This document shows positions 9,021 to 19,235 of a stretch of 64,000 nucleotides of DNA, piece after piece. The DNA comes from an uncultured Candidatus Saccharibacteria bacterium (GTDB lineage Bacteria > Patescibacteriota > Saccharimonadia > Saccharimonadales > JBBQAJ01). Below the pieces are notes generated by a model, which had not been told where the DNA came from, ran no database searches, and was given only the letters and a program-made list of their open reading frames with translations. Where the stretch lies: contig CAZQHP010000001.1 in assembly GCA_964593805.1 (NCBI GenBank), forward strand, positions 581,283 through 645,282, in the 5' to 3' direction. Numbering within the stretch: the stretch's first letter is position 1; each line of letters starts with the position of its first letter. The translations under genes were made by a program, and so were the position numbers.

Positions 9021-9806
9021 CCGGGAAGCGGCTAGGACGACCAAACTTATCGGCAGAACGAGCAGCCAAACCACAAACAAAACTGCGCAAACCAAGACTG
9101 CCTGCAAATAGCGCTTGTTGGCCCAATAGGTCATGGGCCATGGCCACAGGTAGCTGATAATACTAACGGGGCCAAAATCACCGCGGCGCAAAGAAACTTC
9201 CACAACCAGCCCGGGAGACCGTTTAATTACATACCCATTGTTCTGCAGGTGCAGCGACAAATCTATATCTTCGTGCATTTTGGTGTCGGGACGGCTCAAG
9301 CACTCCGCGCGTACGCTTTGCCAGGCCGTGTTTGTGACTGCCATGTTGGAACCCCAAAGAATTTCGCTCCCGGCTATGAGCTTTTGCATTTGGTAATAGA
9401 CAAAATGGTGGAGCACGCGGAAACTTCGCCGGAAGGGGAAATCATAAAAATAACAATTACCGGTTACCGCCGCCACTCCAGGATTGGCTTCAAAATACGT
9501 TTTGGTGGTAGCTACCCAATCAGAATTGAGACGGCTGTCGGCGTCAATTCGGCCAATTAAATCACTTTTGGCAGTATCAAACCCGCGGTTTCTGGCAAAT
9601 ACTTTTCCCTGCACGGGCTCGCTCACAATTCGCACAAAGGGGTAGCTGTTCGCAATATCAACAGTTTTGTCTTGTGAGTTGTTGTCTACCACGATTACTT
9701 CGTCTGGCAATTGGGTTTGTCGTGCTATCGAATCCAAGCAAGCCCGTAAGTGGGCTTCTTCGTTGTATACTGGTATAACTATTGATAACGTTAATGCTTT
9801 TTTCAT
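8988..9806 (-). CDS. Glycosyltransferase family 2
   Basis: LSIVIPVYNEEAHL, VIVVDNNSQDKT, RIDADS motifs. ATG 9806 (MKKALTL) preferred over 9845. Confidence 0.85.
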   Translation of the reverse strand: MKKALTLSIVIPVYNEEAHLRACLDSIARQTQLPDEVIVVDNNSQDKTVDIANSYPFVRIVSEPVQGKVFARNRGFDTAKSDLIGRIDADSRLNSDWVATTKTYFEANPGVAAVTGNCYFYDFPFRRSFRVLHHFVYYQMQKLIAGSEILWGSNMAVTNTAWQSVRAECLSRPDTKMHEDIDLSLHLQNNGYVIKRSPGLVVEVSLRRGDFGPVSIISYLWPWPMTYWANKRYLQAVLVCAVLFVVWLLVLPISLVVLAASRLRNFLKNFFA

Positions 9807-9847
9807 GATCGGATAGTAAACTGATACTAACAGATGGGGACGCAAAG

Positions 9848-10978
9848 TTGAAAGCCAAAAGCCAAAAATCGAAGCCTAGCACTTCCGCTTTTAGTTCGGC
9901 GTATTTTTTTGGCCAATTTAAGGGCTGGTGGCGTGCCAAATTTTGGCACAAGCTGTTAATTGCTCTGGTAGCGGCCATTTTTTTGAGCGTCAGCACTATG
10001 TACGGCGTTGCGCAGTGGTACATTCGGCAAAACCACGGCAAACCCGTTGAACTGGGGACCACGTTTATTGCTGATTACGCCGAGCGGCTGGGTGTAGACC
10101 CCCAGGAAACTCTGAACGCCATGATCAACGACCTGGGGATCAAGCACATACGCCTGGTCAGCTACTGGAACAACATTGAACCGGTGCCGGGAGTCTATGA
10201 TTTCAGCGGTTTGGACTGGCAGTTCAAAATGGCCGAAGACGCCGGAGTTAAGGTGTCTCTGGCGATTGGCCTGCGCCAGCCGCGGTGGCCGGAATGCCAC
10301 ATGCCCCAGTGGGCCAAACAGCAGACCAAAGACGTCTGGTATCCAAAACTGCAAACGTTTATGACAGAAGTAATCCAGCGCTATCGTACCAGCCCGGCGC
10401 TGGAAAGTTACCAGCTGGAAAACGAATATTTCCTGACCGTGTTTGGCAAATGCAAAGACTTTGACCGCCAGCGGCTGATAGAAGAAGCCACGCTGGTCAA
10501 ACGACTAGACCCCAACCATACCCTGATAATTAGCCGCAGCAACAACGGCGTGGGGCTGCCAGTAGGCAAGCCAACGCCTGATTTGTTTGCCGTTTCCGTA
10601 TACAAGCGGGTGTGGGACAAAACCATCACCAAGCGCTATTTTGAATACCCGTTCCCGGCCTGGTTTTACGCGTCGCTAGCCGGCGGTGGCAAAATTGTGA
10701 CCGGCAAAGACCTTATAATCCACGAACTGCAGGCCGAAGCCTGGACGCCAGACGGCTACAGCATCGTAAACGCGCCCGTAGATGAGCTGTACAAATCCAT
10801 GAATCCCCAGCGGCTGCACGACCGGTTTGGCTACGGCAAAGCAACTGGCATGAAGCGGATTGATTTGTGGGGAGTGGAGTGGTGGTATCAGATGAAAGTC
10901 AAACGCGGCGAACCCGGCCTGTGGGACGCCGCCCGCGAAGAATTCGCCAAGACCGCTGCCCAAAACGCCAAACTTTGA
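9848..10978 (+). CDS. Membrane-anchored glycoside hydrolase, clan GH-A TIM barrel (GH5/GH42-like)
   Basis: N-terminal TM; YWNNIEPVPGVYDFSGLDW and YQLENEYF (acid/base NE) blocks; TTG start. Confidence 0.65.
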   Translation: MKAKSQKSKPSTSAFSSAYFFGQFKGWWRAKFWHKLLIALVAAIFLSVSTMYGVAQWYIRQNHGKPVELGTTFIADYAERLGVDPQETLNAMINDLGIKHIRLVSYWNNIEPVPGVYDFSGLDWQFKMAEDAGVKVSLAIGLRQPRWPECHMPQWAKQQTKDVWYPKLQTFMTEVIQRYRTSPALESYQLENEYFLTVFGKCKDFDRQRLIEEATLVKRLDPNHTLIISRSNNGVGLPVGKPTPDLFAVSVYKRVWDKTITKRYFEYPFPAWFYASLAGGGKIVTGKDLIIHELQAEAWTPDGYSIVNAPVDELYKSMNPQRLHDRFGYGKATGMKRIDLWGVEWWYQMKVKRGEPGLWDAAREEFAKTAAQNAKL

Positions 10979-10991
10979 TGTTCGCGTCGGA

Positions 10992-12035
10992 TTAATTTCG
11001 GCGAGCATGGATGAGCAGAGCGGACTGCAAAGCGTTGTCGTTCACAAAGGTGTGCTTCTGACCTTCCAAACGCGTACTGCTATAACGATCTGGGAATTGC
11101 CGGTGCAAGTAGTTACTAAAGGCCTGCATAATGCCGTCCATAGCAAGCTCGCTTTCGCTTGCCCAAACATCGTGCATGCGAGCTTTTTCCTCATAGCGCA
11201 GGGCAGTTTCGGCACGACTTTCATGCCAGCTGCCGGCCATGACGCTCGACCGAGCTATATTATTCGGCCTTACCAGGCCTAACAAATAGTTAGCCATACC
11301 CAGGAATGAATCGCCACGCGCTTCTATAAATGCCTCGAGATTATTGGCCTCAACATACCCAGGCAGGGCTTTGGCCGTGGAGCTAAAGTCAGCGGCAAGG
11401 CTCCCTAAGGCCCGCAGCTTTCGCCCTCGGTGCGCAACATCAGCCGGATCAATGTTTGTGACGTGTTCCACTTCCATGTCGTACAGGTATGCATATTCGG
11501 TTGCGGCAATGGCGGAGACAGTACCGCCAGAGTAACCATCTACTTGAAGGCTGGTTACGCCTTGCGATGCCATATAACGCAGTGGCGCGTCAATCAACGG
11601 CCGCGCGTCGCCCCGGGCAACTTTCCAGGCGTCTTTAGCAGAAAGCTGGCCTTCTGTGTGGCCAATGCCGCCTGGGTTTCCAAACGCATAGGTTTGCATA
11701 CCGTCGCCAGCCGCTTCGGCAGAAACATGGGCGGTGGCAATCTGAAAAACTTGATTATTGCCGCCTAGCAACCCATTGCCATGAGCCAGAAATCGTGCTC
11801 GGGCTACAGTTTGATCTTGGCCAGTTTCCGATGGAATATACAAGACACCGATAGGCTTGGAGCCTTCGACATGCTCGGACGATGGCGCAGGGATATCGAA
11901 TGCGTTCATAAAACCTCCGAAATCCATGCCAGCTTGACTGGCGGCAACCTCGGCTACAGCCTCCACAATGTCATCCGCAAAAGGAAAATAACCTTGAAGA
12001 CGTTCAACCGTCTGCTCATAATGCACATCTGTCAT
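10992..12035 (-). CDS. Alpha/beta-hydrolase-like hypothetical protein
   Basis: GYSGG nucleophile-elbow-like motif and a late His (GQKHTF). ATG 12035 is 8 nt after TGGTATAAT. Confidence 0.55.
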   Translation of the reverse strand: MTDVHYEQTVERLQGYFPFADDIVEAVAEVAASQAGMDFGGFMNAFDIPAPSSEHVEGSKPIGVLYIPSETGQDQTVARARFLAHGNGLLGGNNQVFQIATAHVSAEAAGDGMQTYAFGNPGGIGHTEGQLSAKDAWKVARGDARPLIDAPLRYMASQGVTSLQVDGYSGGTVSAIAATEYAYLYDMEVEHVTNIDPADVAHRGRKLRALGSLAADFSSTAKALPGYVEANNLEAFIEARGDSFLGMANYLLGLVRPNNIARSSVMAGSWHESRAETALRYEEKARMHDVWASESELAMDGIMQAFSNYLHRQFPDRYSSTRLEGQKHTFVNDNALQSALLIHARRN

Positions 12036-12108
12036 CAAGCTACATTATACCATACTTGTCAATATATGTCTATAGTAATCATCGGTGAAATAGGGTAAAA
12101 TAGCGCCT

Positions 12109-12573
12109 ATGGTTAAGCAGAAGTCCGCAACCACCAAACGAATCAGTAACCGCCGGGCGCGTCATGATTATGACCTCGGCGATGGGTTAGTGGTGGGAAT
12201 TTCTCTGACCGGTGCCGAAACCAAAAGCCTGCGACGTGGCCAAGGCCACCTGAAGGGCGCCTATGTAAACGTGCACGACGGCGAGCTGTGGCTGGTAAAT
12301 GCCACCATCACCGGCGACGGCTCAATCCGCGTGGCAGAAGAAGACAAAACCCGCAACCGCAAACTGCTAGCCAAACGCAAAGAGATAGAAGCATTAATCG
12401 CCGCCAAACAGCAAGGTCAAACCATAGTGCCGCTGGAACTATTGACCCGCGGCCATTACATAAAGCTCCGCATAGCCGCCGGCCGGGGCAAAAAACGCTG
12501 GGATAAACGCGAAACCATAAAACGCCGTGACCAAGAACGCTCTAACGCGCAGGAACTGAAAGGGAAGAGATGA
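12109..12573 (+). CDS. smpB: SsrA-binding protein
   Basis: ISNRRARHDYDL, GAETKSLR and basic C-terminal tail typical of SmpB. Confidence 0.9.
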   Translation: MVKQKSATTKRISNRRARHDYDLGDGLVVGISLTGAETKSLRRGQGHLKGAYVNVHDGELWLVNATITGDGSIRVAEEDKTRNRKLLAKRKEIEALIAAKQQGQTIVPLELLTRGHYIKLRIAAGRGKKRWDKRETIKRRDQERSNAQELKGKR

Positions 12574-13085
12574 GTACCGAAGAACAACTGATAATCGTTG
12601 ATGAGCAAGACAACATGCTGGGCTACAAGCCGCGTAGTCAGCGTACCGACGAAGACTGCTCGCGCAGTGTTTCTATCTGGGTTGAAAACAACAAAGGCCA
12701 AGTACTCCTACAACAACGTAATCACGATAAACGAGTTGACCCGGATGCCTGGACTCCGGCTGCCGAAGGAACCGTTTCAAAAGGAACCTCCTATGATGAA
12801 TCCGCTCTACGGGAACTTGAAGAGGAAATAGGTCTTAAGGACGTGAAACTCGACAAACGCAACAAAGTTTACTGCAAATTTTCTTTTGGATGGCGGCAAA
12901 TGCAAGGCTATGTAACTCACTGTAACTGGCCCATCGAAAAATTTACCGTGCAAAAAGAGGAAGTTGCTGCGCTTGAATGGGTGGATAAACAGCGCGTACT
13001 CGACGAAATCACTGGCAAGAAACCTCACACTAGATTGTGGCCGCAATCTTGCAAGTACTGGCCTGAATGGTTCAACCTTGTTTAA
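12570..13085 (+). CDS. NUDIX hydrolase
   Basis: Nudix box GTVSKGTSYDESALRELEEEIGL; ATGA overlap with smpB. Confidence 0.8.
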   Translation: MSTEEQLIIVDEQDNMLGYKPRSQRTDEDCSRSVSIWVENNKGQVLLQQRNHDKRVDPDAWTPAAEGTVSKGTSYDESALRELEEEIGLKDVKLDKRNKVYCKFSFGWRQMQGYVTHCNWPIEKFTVQKEEVAALEWVDKQRVLDEITGKKPHTRLWPQSCKYWPEWFNLV

Positions 13086-13122
13086 GTCATCTCTGTTAGC
13101 TATAATTCAGCAGTTGCACTAT

Positions 13123-13197
13123 TCCTGGGTAGCTCAATGGTAGAGCGTCTCGCTGTTAACGAGAATGTTGCCGGTTCGAGTCCGGCCCCAGGAGCCA
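13123..13197 (+). tRNA. tRNA-Asn (anticodon GTT), CCA encoded
   Basis: Acceptor TCCTGGG/CCCAGGA, anticodon arm TCTCG-CTGTTAA-CGAGA, T-arm GCCGGTTCGAGTCCGGC. Confidence 0.9.
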
Positions 13198-13248
13198 AAA
13201 TAATAGTCTCAGCCAAAGGTTGGGGCTTTTATTTAGTATGATTAGTGC

Positions 13249-13500
13249 ATGATCAAAAATGAAATTTCCGAAGGTGTTGTGCATGAACTGCCGGCGGATC
13301 TGCGAAACGCCCTGATGGCTGATGAGTCTGCACTAGAAAGGTGGGAGGACATTACGCCGCTGGCGCGCAATGAGTGGATTTGCTGGACTATAAGCGTCAA
13401 CAAACCCGAGACGAGAAAAAACCACATTGAGCGGACAATCACGGAGCTGCTGGAAGGAAAGCGCCGCCCTTGTTGTTGGGCTGGTTGTATTCATCGTTGA
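13249..13500 (+). CDS. YdeI/OmpD-associated family protein (short)
   Basis: ELPADLRNAL...ITPLARNEWICWTISVNKPETRKNHIERTITELLEGKRR resembles the YdeI C-terminal domain. Confidence 0.65.
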   Translation: MIKNEISEGVVHELPADLRNALMADESALERWEDITPLARNEWICWTISVNKPETRKNHIERTITELLEGKRRPCCWAGCIHR

Positions 13501-13685
13501 ATCAAAAGAAGTAGCACCTGATTTACTTTAGCTTTGGTGCTGAAATATAAAGTGGGCTCCCGGAGCCAAAATTGGCATTATTTAGCACCTATAGAGGAAC
13601 GTCTTCTGAATTCCGGACTGCTCCTTTTAGGAGGACATTAGCAGTATATAGTCTTCGAGAGTATAATTATTAGTGGAGAAGAAAT

Positions 13686-13940
13686 CTGATAAATTTTTTA
13701 ATATGGATAGTTTTTGGAACTTTAGCTGGGTGGGTAGCTTCCAAGTTAATGGGTACGGATGCCGAGCAGGGTATAGTCGCTAATGTAGTAGTCGGAATAG
13801 TCGGTGCGTTAATTGGTGGGTATTTTATGCAATCTATTGGCAAGGCCGGCGTAGACGGTTTCAACATTAGAAGTTTTGCTGTAGCTGTTGTGGGTGCGGT
13901 AGTCTTGCTGATCTTATACAAGGCCGTACGCGGAAGATGA
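13686..13940 (+). CDS. GlsB/YeaQ/YmgE (transglycosylase-associated) stress membrane protein; non-canonical start
   Basis: The track ORF (ATG 13749) lacks the family N-terminal helix. The in-frame upstream sequence reads LINFLIWIVFGTLAGWVASKL with no stop back to 13674. GGAG (13675-13678) precedes CTG 13686. Confidence 0.65.
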   Translation: MINFLIWIVFGTLAGWVASKLMGTDAEQGIVANVVVGIVGALIGGYFMQSIGKAGVDGFNIRSFAVAVVGAVVLLILYKAVRGR

Positions 13941-13977
13941 TACTTAAACAAATAATTCATATAAGAGAGGAATCTAT

Positions 13978-14385
13978 ATGAGCGAATTCAAAGAAACGGT
14001 CACAACAACCAAAGACGAGGGCGTTGACAATGCCGGAAGCCAAGTCCAACAACAAACACGAAAAGTCGATACCACTAGTTCTGCTGACGGCAAATCAATC
14101 ACAACAAACATGGTCTGGTACATAGTAGGCACTTTTGAAGTTTTATTAGGTTTTAGGTTTGTGCTTAAACTGCTTGGGGCGAACCCGATCAGTGGATTTG
14201 TAGATTTAATATACAGTGTCACAGGTATTTTAACGGCTCCATTTGACAGTATATTTGGTGTGACAAAAACCGTATCGGGCGATGTTCGTTCTGTATTTGA
14301 GCCATCCATACTAGTGGCTGCCGCGGTATATGCAATCATCGGCTGGGGTATAGTTAAGCTTCTAAATGTTAATAGGGCTGATTAA
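13978..14385 (+). CDS. YggT-like membrane protein
   Basis: LLGFRFVLKLLGANPISGFVDLIYSVTGILTAPF resembles the YggT repeat; SD GAGAGGA upstream. Confidence 0.55.
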   Translation: MSEFKETVTTTKDEGVDNAGSQVQQQTRKVDTTSSADGKSITTNMVWYIVGTFEVLLGFRFVLKLLGANPISGFVDLIYSVTGILTAPFDSIFGVTKTVSGDVRSVFEPSILVAAAVYAIIGWGIVKLLNVNRAD

Positions 14386-14455
14386 GAAGCCGTTTCTAAT
14401 TAGACCGCAGGCGGGCTAGCTTGTGTGTTGATTATGATGAACGAAGACTATTGCT

Positions 14456-16183
14456 ATGAATCAGCGAGTTCATAAATCAAAAATCAGTAAGCTAACGTTC
14501 GTCAGTGTCGGATTCTTACTTGTTCTTACATTGTGCATCATTGGTCTACTAATTAGAGTTGGCAATGGCAGTGAAACGGTTGACTGGCTACAACAATCTG
14601 ACTGGTCGCACTTTACGGGGTCAGAGCAAACTACCAGCGGCGTCAGAGTCAAGCCAACGGGGCGAGTAATAAACCATAAAGACACTTCGACCGCGCAACC
14701 GAATCCCCCTGTTAATTTAAGGGGTTCATACCTAAAGGTAGATGGCAATTTTCAGATCGAAATGGCTATTTCTGGGGTAAATAACGAAGCAACCATTCAG
14801 TTTTATGGCCAGGTACCAATCATTTACGATGAATGGCGACAAGAAAGACCAAGCATAAGAGTTGAGGCAAAAAATGACGGTTTATATGTACGTATTTGGG
14901 ACGGTACGTCAACATCATCTATTGATGAAAGGGTCTTTAGGATTCGGTTAAAAAACGATATTAAAATGCTCCTAAGTCACGTAGATGACAAATTTATTAT
15001 TGGTATAAACAATCGGACACTAGGCACAATTCCGGATCATAATATTTTTGCGGATGGCACAGTATGGTTTGGAGCCGATGCTAAAGCTGACACTGATGGC
15101 TGGGGACTATACTCTCTACTCGCCAAAGGATTGGGCAATGGTGAGGTTGGGTTAGGTAAGCAGCTCGACCTAGTTGCAGGCCTTGATGATCCAAACACGC
15201 TCCGAAATTTATCTGCTAAAAACAGCCGAAAACTACCGATTGGTGCAGCGATATCAATCAGCCCACTGTTCACTGACAGTCAATACAGCAAAATCGCTCT
15301 TAGCCAATTCAGTATGATGACTCCTGAAAATAGTCTTAAACCACAATTTATTCATCCTAAAAAGGGGCTGTATTTATTTGAAGAGTCTGACAGCCTGGTG
15401 GAAATCGCACAGAATAATAAGATGCTAGTTCATGGCCACGCGCTTGTAATGGGCAAAGCCAACCCGGAATGGATGCAAAAAACTCCACCGAACGAGCGTA
15501 GACAAGTTATGATTGATCACATTACAAATGTGGTGAGTCGATACAAGGGGAAAATTGCTCAGTGGGATGTGGTAAATGAGCCATTATCAGAAGACGACAC
15601 AGACTATACGAGCAGCCTGAATGGTCTGCGCAAGCAATTGTGGTTTGACGGCATGGGCGAGGGATACATAGAGATTGCACTCCGCGCAGCACGCGCTGCT
15701 GATCCGTTGGCAAAACTATACTTGAACGATTTTGGGCTGGAAAAAGACGGGAATCGATGGGATGCAATGCTTAGCCTGATCAGAAGACTTCAGGCAAAAG
15801 GGGTGCCGATTGATGGAATTGGATTCGAATCACATGTATATCACACACCCGCCGATACCATCGACCCTGTAGTTCTGAAAAATCACATTAAAACATTGGC
15901 TTCATTAGGAATTGTTTCAAGAATTTCAGAGATTGATGTACTCGGTGATGACCCGGCCTTTCAAGCAAAACAATATGCAGACGTTCTACAAGTTTGCTTG
16001 AGCGAACCTACCTGCACATCCTACGGCATATGGGGCATCACAGATCTCTATGGATCAACAACACTATCAGACCGCTACCCCATAATACTTGGAGATAGTT
16101 TACCGTGGACTTTTGACTACACCGCAAAACCAGTAATCAACAGATTGCAGGAAATACTTAAGCAGCCTTTGTTTTTCAATTGA
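14456..16183 (+). CDS. Membrane-anchored endo-1,4-beta-xylanase, GH10 catalytic domain with unknown N-terminal domain
   Basis: GHALVMG, WDVVNEPL (acid/base), LYLNDFG, ISEIDV (nucleophile) blocks in the C-terminal ~330 aa; N-terminal TM. Confidence 0.8.
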   Translation: MNQRVHKSKISKLTFVSVGFLLVLTLCIIGLLIRVGNGSETVDWLQQSDWSHFTGSEQTTSGVRVKPTGRVINHKDTSTAQPNPPVNLRGSYLKVDGNFQIEMAISGVNNEATIQFYGQVPIIYDEWRQERPSIRVEAKNDGLYVRIWDGTSTSSIDERVFRIRLKNDIKMLLSHVDDKFIIGINNRTLGTIPDHNIFADGTVWFGADAKADTDGWGLYSLLAKGLGNGEVGLGKQLDLVAGLDDPNTLRNLSAKNSRKLPIGAAISISPLFTDSQYSKIALSQFSMMTPENSLKPQFIHPKKGLYLFEESDSLVEIAQNNKMLVHGHALVMGKANPEWMQKTPPNERRQVMIDHITNVVSRYKGKIAQWDVVNEPLSEDDTDYTSSLNGLRKQLWFDGMGEGYIEIALRAARAADPLAKLYLNDFGLEKDGNRWDAMLSLIRRLQAKGVPIDGIGFESHVYHTPADTIDPVVLKNHIKTLASLGIVSRISEIDVLGDDPAFQAKQYADVLQVCLSEPTCTSYGIWGITDLYGSTTLSDRYPIILGDSLPWTFDYTAKPVINRLQEILKQPLFFN

Positions 16184-16222
16184 GCTCGCCTTAATGGCCA
16201 TAAGCTTTGTTATACTACAAGC

Positions 16223-16906
16223 GTGAAGCATAAGCATCTTAAGAGAAATATTGCCATGCTGGTTTTGGGACTAATTCTATTTATCGGCCTAGCCGTAGCC
16301 TGGGCCAAAATCCAATATGGTTCGCGCCCGCTTTTCCCGCACAAGCGGATTATTATCACACTGCCGTATGGCCCAGACAATGAGGTCAGCAATCTAATCC
16401 CCATGGGTGAAACAATTGAACATAATTTTAAGGGCGGACACCCCGGAATTGATTTCCAGTGGGAACAATCGGTTCCGCTAATAGCCGTAGCTGACGGCAA
16501 AATCACTAGAGTTTATGAAGACACCGACAAAGGCAAGCCAGTTTTAAACCTGGTGCTTGCCAGCGGGGAATACGAAGCCCGCTACAAAGAACTCGACAAA
16601 CTGGCCCCGTTCGTCAAAGAAGGGGCAGAAGTTAAGCGAGGCGACGTGCTGGCTTATCCGCATTGCACCACGTTCGAGGGCAGCCGAGTACACTGCCAGC
16701 TGCATTGGGAGTTTACTTACAGTTCGCCTTTGGCAATGCTGGCGGGCGCCACAAATGGAATAGACCGGTTATGCCCATTGACCTACTTTGACGCTGAAGC
16801 CCTAAACCGTATCAATGCCAGCTGGGACAAAGTACCGGCAAATGACAGGTTCAAACAAGGCTTTCCAAATATTTGCAGCGGCGGCTACTTCGGGCACGAT
16901 CAGTAA
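16223..16906 (+). CDS. M23 (LytM-type) metallopeptidase family protein
   Basis: GGHPGIDF (HxxxD) and HCQLHWEF (HxH-like), N-terminal TM. GTG start is 6 nt after TATACT. Confidence 0.7.
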   Translation: MKHKHLKRNIAMLVLGLILFIGLAVAWAKIQYGSRPLFPHKRIIITLPYGPDNEVSNLIPMGETIEHNFKGGHPGIDFQWEQSVPLIAVADGKITRVYEDTDKGKPVLNLVLASGEYEARYKELDKLAPFVKEGAEVKRGDVLAYPHCTTFEGSRVHCQLHWEFTYSSPLAMLAGATNGIDRLCPLTYFDAEALNRINASWDKVPANDRFKQGFPNICSGGYFGHDQ

Positions 16907-16991
16907 ATTTAGAATAAGTGGTCTGGCGTTAGCCGGTGCAGCTATGAGCACTCTGGGATAAAGCCAGTAGTCCCTGATATACTAAAAGCCA

Positions 16992-17942
16992 ATGGCTAAA
17001 ACTCAGTTGATTATTTGCGGGTCAATCGCGCTGGACCGGATTATGAATTTTTCTGGCAAGTACTTGGACATGATCCATCCGGAAAAACTGCACGTACTGT
17101 CGCTCAGCATTTTGCTGGACAAACTGGAAGACACGCCCGGCGGCTCTGGCGCCAACATCGCCTACAATTCGGCGCTGCTTGGAGATACGCCGATACTGTT
17201 TGATTCCGTCGGGCAGGACGCGGCCAGGTACATGCAAAAACTGGCGGCGGCGGGCGTTAATACGGACTTTGTCCACACCAGCCAGCTGCCGACCGCTTCG
17301 TTTAACGTTATCACCGACGTAGACGACAACCAAGTGGGCGGTTTTTACCCTGGGGCAATGGGCGACGCGGCTTCGCTCAGCCTCAAACAATGGGCCGGCC
17401 AAGACGTGTTGGTGGTAATTGCCGCTCATGACCCGGGCTCAATGCGCACGCAAGTACAGGAGTGCCAGCAGTACCAAATGCGCCTACTGTACGACCCGGG
17501 CCAGCAAGTTAGCAACGTCCCCGGGCCGGATCTGATGGCGGGCGCATTGGCGGCGGAAGTACTGATTGTGAACGATTACGAACTAGGCGTCTTGTGCAAA
17601 AAATCTGAACTGTCAGAAGCAGACCTGAAAGCCAAAGTTCCTATTGTCATAACCACGCTTGGAAAAGACGGTTCGGTAATTGAAGGCTCGCAGGCCAAAA
17701 CTCCCCTGAAAATTGCCGCCGCCAAACCGGCGCAAGTAGTTGACCCCACCGGCGCGGGCGACGCCTACCGGGCTGGCTTTTTGTACGGATACTTGCGAAA
17801 ATGGGAGCTGGCAAAATGCGGCCAGCTTGGATCTGTTTTGGCATCATTCACCGTTGAACAGCACGGCACCCAGGTGGCGACAACCAAGCAGGCAATTATG
17901 CAGCGATACCAAGAGACATTTAACGAAGGGATTGAAATATAG
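16992..17942 (+). CDS. PfkB-family carbohydrate/nucleoside kinase (adenosine kinase-like)
   Basis: TPGGSGANIAY and DPTGAGDAYRAGFLYG motifs; directly abuts ahcY. Confidence 0.8.
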   Translation: MAKTQLIICGSIALDRIMNFSGKYLDMIHPEKLHVLSLSILLDKLEDTPGGSGANIAYNSALLGDTPILFDSVGQDAARYMQKLAAAGVNTDFVHTSQLPTASFNVITDVDDNQVGGFYPGAMGDAASLSLKQWAGQDVLVVIAAHDPGSMRTQVQECQQYQMRLLYDPGQQVSNVPGPDLMAGALAAEVLIVNDYELGVLCKKSELSEADLKAKVPIVITTLGKDGSVIEGSQAKTPLKIAAAKPAQVVDPTGAGDAYRAGFLYGYLRKWELAKCGQLGSVLASFTVEQHGTQVATTKQAIMQRYQETFNEGIEI

Positions 17943-19235
17943 ATGGCGGACACTGACTACAAAGTAAAAGACATTGGCCTGGGGGACTGGGGCCGGACAG
18001 AAATAACCCTGGCAGAAAATGAAATGCCGGGCCTGATGGCTTTGCGCGAAGAGTTTGGAACATCAAAACCGCTTAAAGGCGCCAGGATTGCCGGTTCTAT
18101 ACACATGACCATCCAAACCGCCGTGCTGATTGAAACCTTGCAAGCGCTGGGTGCCGTGGTCCGCTGGTCTTCCTGCAATATCTTTTCCACTCAAGACCAC
18201 GCCGCCGCGGCGATTGCCGTGGCTGGTACGCCGGTATTTGCCTGGAAGGGCGAAACCGAGGACGAATACTGGTGGTGCGTGGAGCAGACTTTGAAGTTTG
18301 GCGGGCAGGGCCCCAACATGATTTTGGACGACGGCGGAGACCTGACCGCGCTGGTCCACGACAAACACCCAGACCTGCTCAAAGACATCAAGGGCGTAAC
18401 AGAAGAAACCACCACTGGTGTGAAGCAATTAAACGAATGGATGAAAGAAGACAAACTCAAACTGCCGGCCATAAACGTCAACGACAGTGTTACAAAGTCC
18501 AAGTTTGACAATCTGTACGGCTGCCGAGAATCACTAGTAGACGGCATAAAGCGCGCCACCGATGTCATGCTGGCCGGCAAAGTTGCCGTAGTTGCCGGCT
18601 ACGGAGACGTTGGCAAAGGCAGCGCCCAGTCGCTGCGGGCTTTTGGCTGCCGCGTGCTTATCACAGAGATAGACCCCATCTGCGCTCTGCAGGCGCTAAT
18701 GGAAGGCTATGAAGTCGTGACCATGGACGAAGCTGCGCCAAAAGCAGATATATTTGTGACAGCAACCGGCTGCAAGGACATTATCACCCTTGAGCACATG
18801 AAACAGATGAAAGACACGGCAATTGTCTGCAACATCGGCCATTTTGACCACGAAATCCAGATGAAAGAGCTCAACGACTTCGCTGGAAACAAGAAAAAAG
18901 AAATCAAACCGCAAGTGGATTTGTACACCATGCCATCCGGACGCCGTCTGATAGTTCTTTCAGAAGGCCGCTTGGTAAACCTGGGCAACGCCACCGGCCA
19001 CCCATCTTTTGTAATGTCTAATTCGTTTTCCAACCAAGTCTTAGCCCAGATAGAAATTTTCACCAAAGACTATAAAGTCGGCGTGCACCGTTTGCCTAAA
19101 GAACTAGATGAAAAGGTAGCCGCCGTCCATGTAGCCGCCCTAGATGCCAAACTAACCAAACTCACCGATTCCCAAGCCAAATACTTGGGCGTTCCAGCCA
19201 AAGGCCCCTTCAAAGCCGACCATTACCGCTACTAG
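17943..19235 (+). CDS. ahcY: Adenosylhomocysteinase
   Basis: 430 aa; [14 protein letters not shown]-binding [44 protein letters not shown]. Confidence 0.95.
   Translation: MADTDYKVKDIGLGDWGRTEITLAENEMPGLMALREEFGTSKPLKGARIAGSIHMTIQTAVLIETLQALGAVVRWSSCNIFSTQDHAAAAIAVAGTPVFAWKGETEDEYWWCVEQTLKFGGQGPNMILDDGGDLTALVHDKHPDLLKDIKGVTEETTTGVKQLNEWMKEDKLKLPAINVNDSVTKSKFDNLYGCRESLVDGIKRATDVMLAGKVAVVAGYGDVGKGSAQSLRAFGCRVLITEIDPICALQALMEGYEVVTMDEAAPKADIFVTATGCKDIITLEHMKQMKDTAIVCNIGHFDHEIQMKELNDFAGNKKKEIKPQVDLYTMPSGRRLIVLSEGRLVNLGNATGHPSFVMSNSFSNQVLAQIEIFTKDYKVGVHRLPKELDEKVAAVHVAALDAKLTKLTDSQAKYLGVPAKGPFKADHYRY

Noticed and set aside
13501-13685. 185-nt gap with hairpins (AGCACC...GGTGCT; GGCTCC-CG-GAGCC; CTCC-TTTT-AGGAG) as a possible ncRNA.
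   Set aside because: The stems are short and the gap is explained well enough as the ydeI terminator region plus the glsB promoter (TATAAT 13662-13667). I recognised no known RNA motif.
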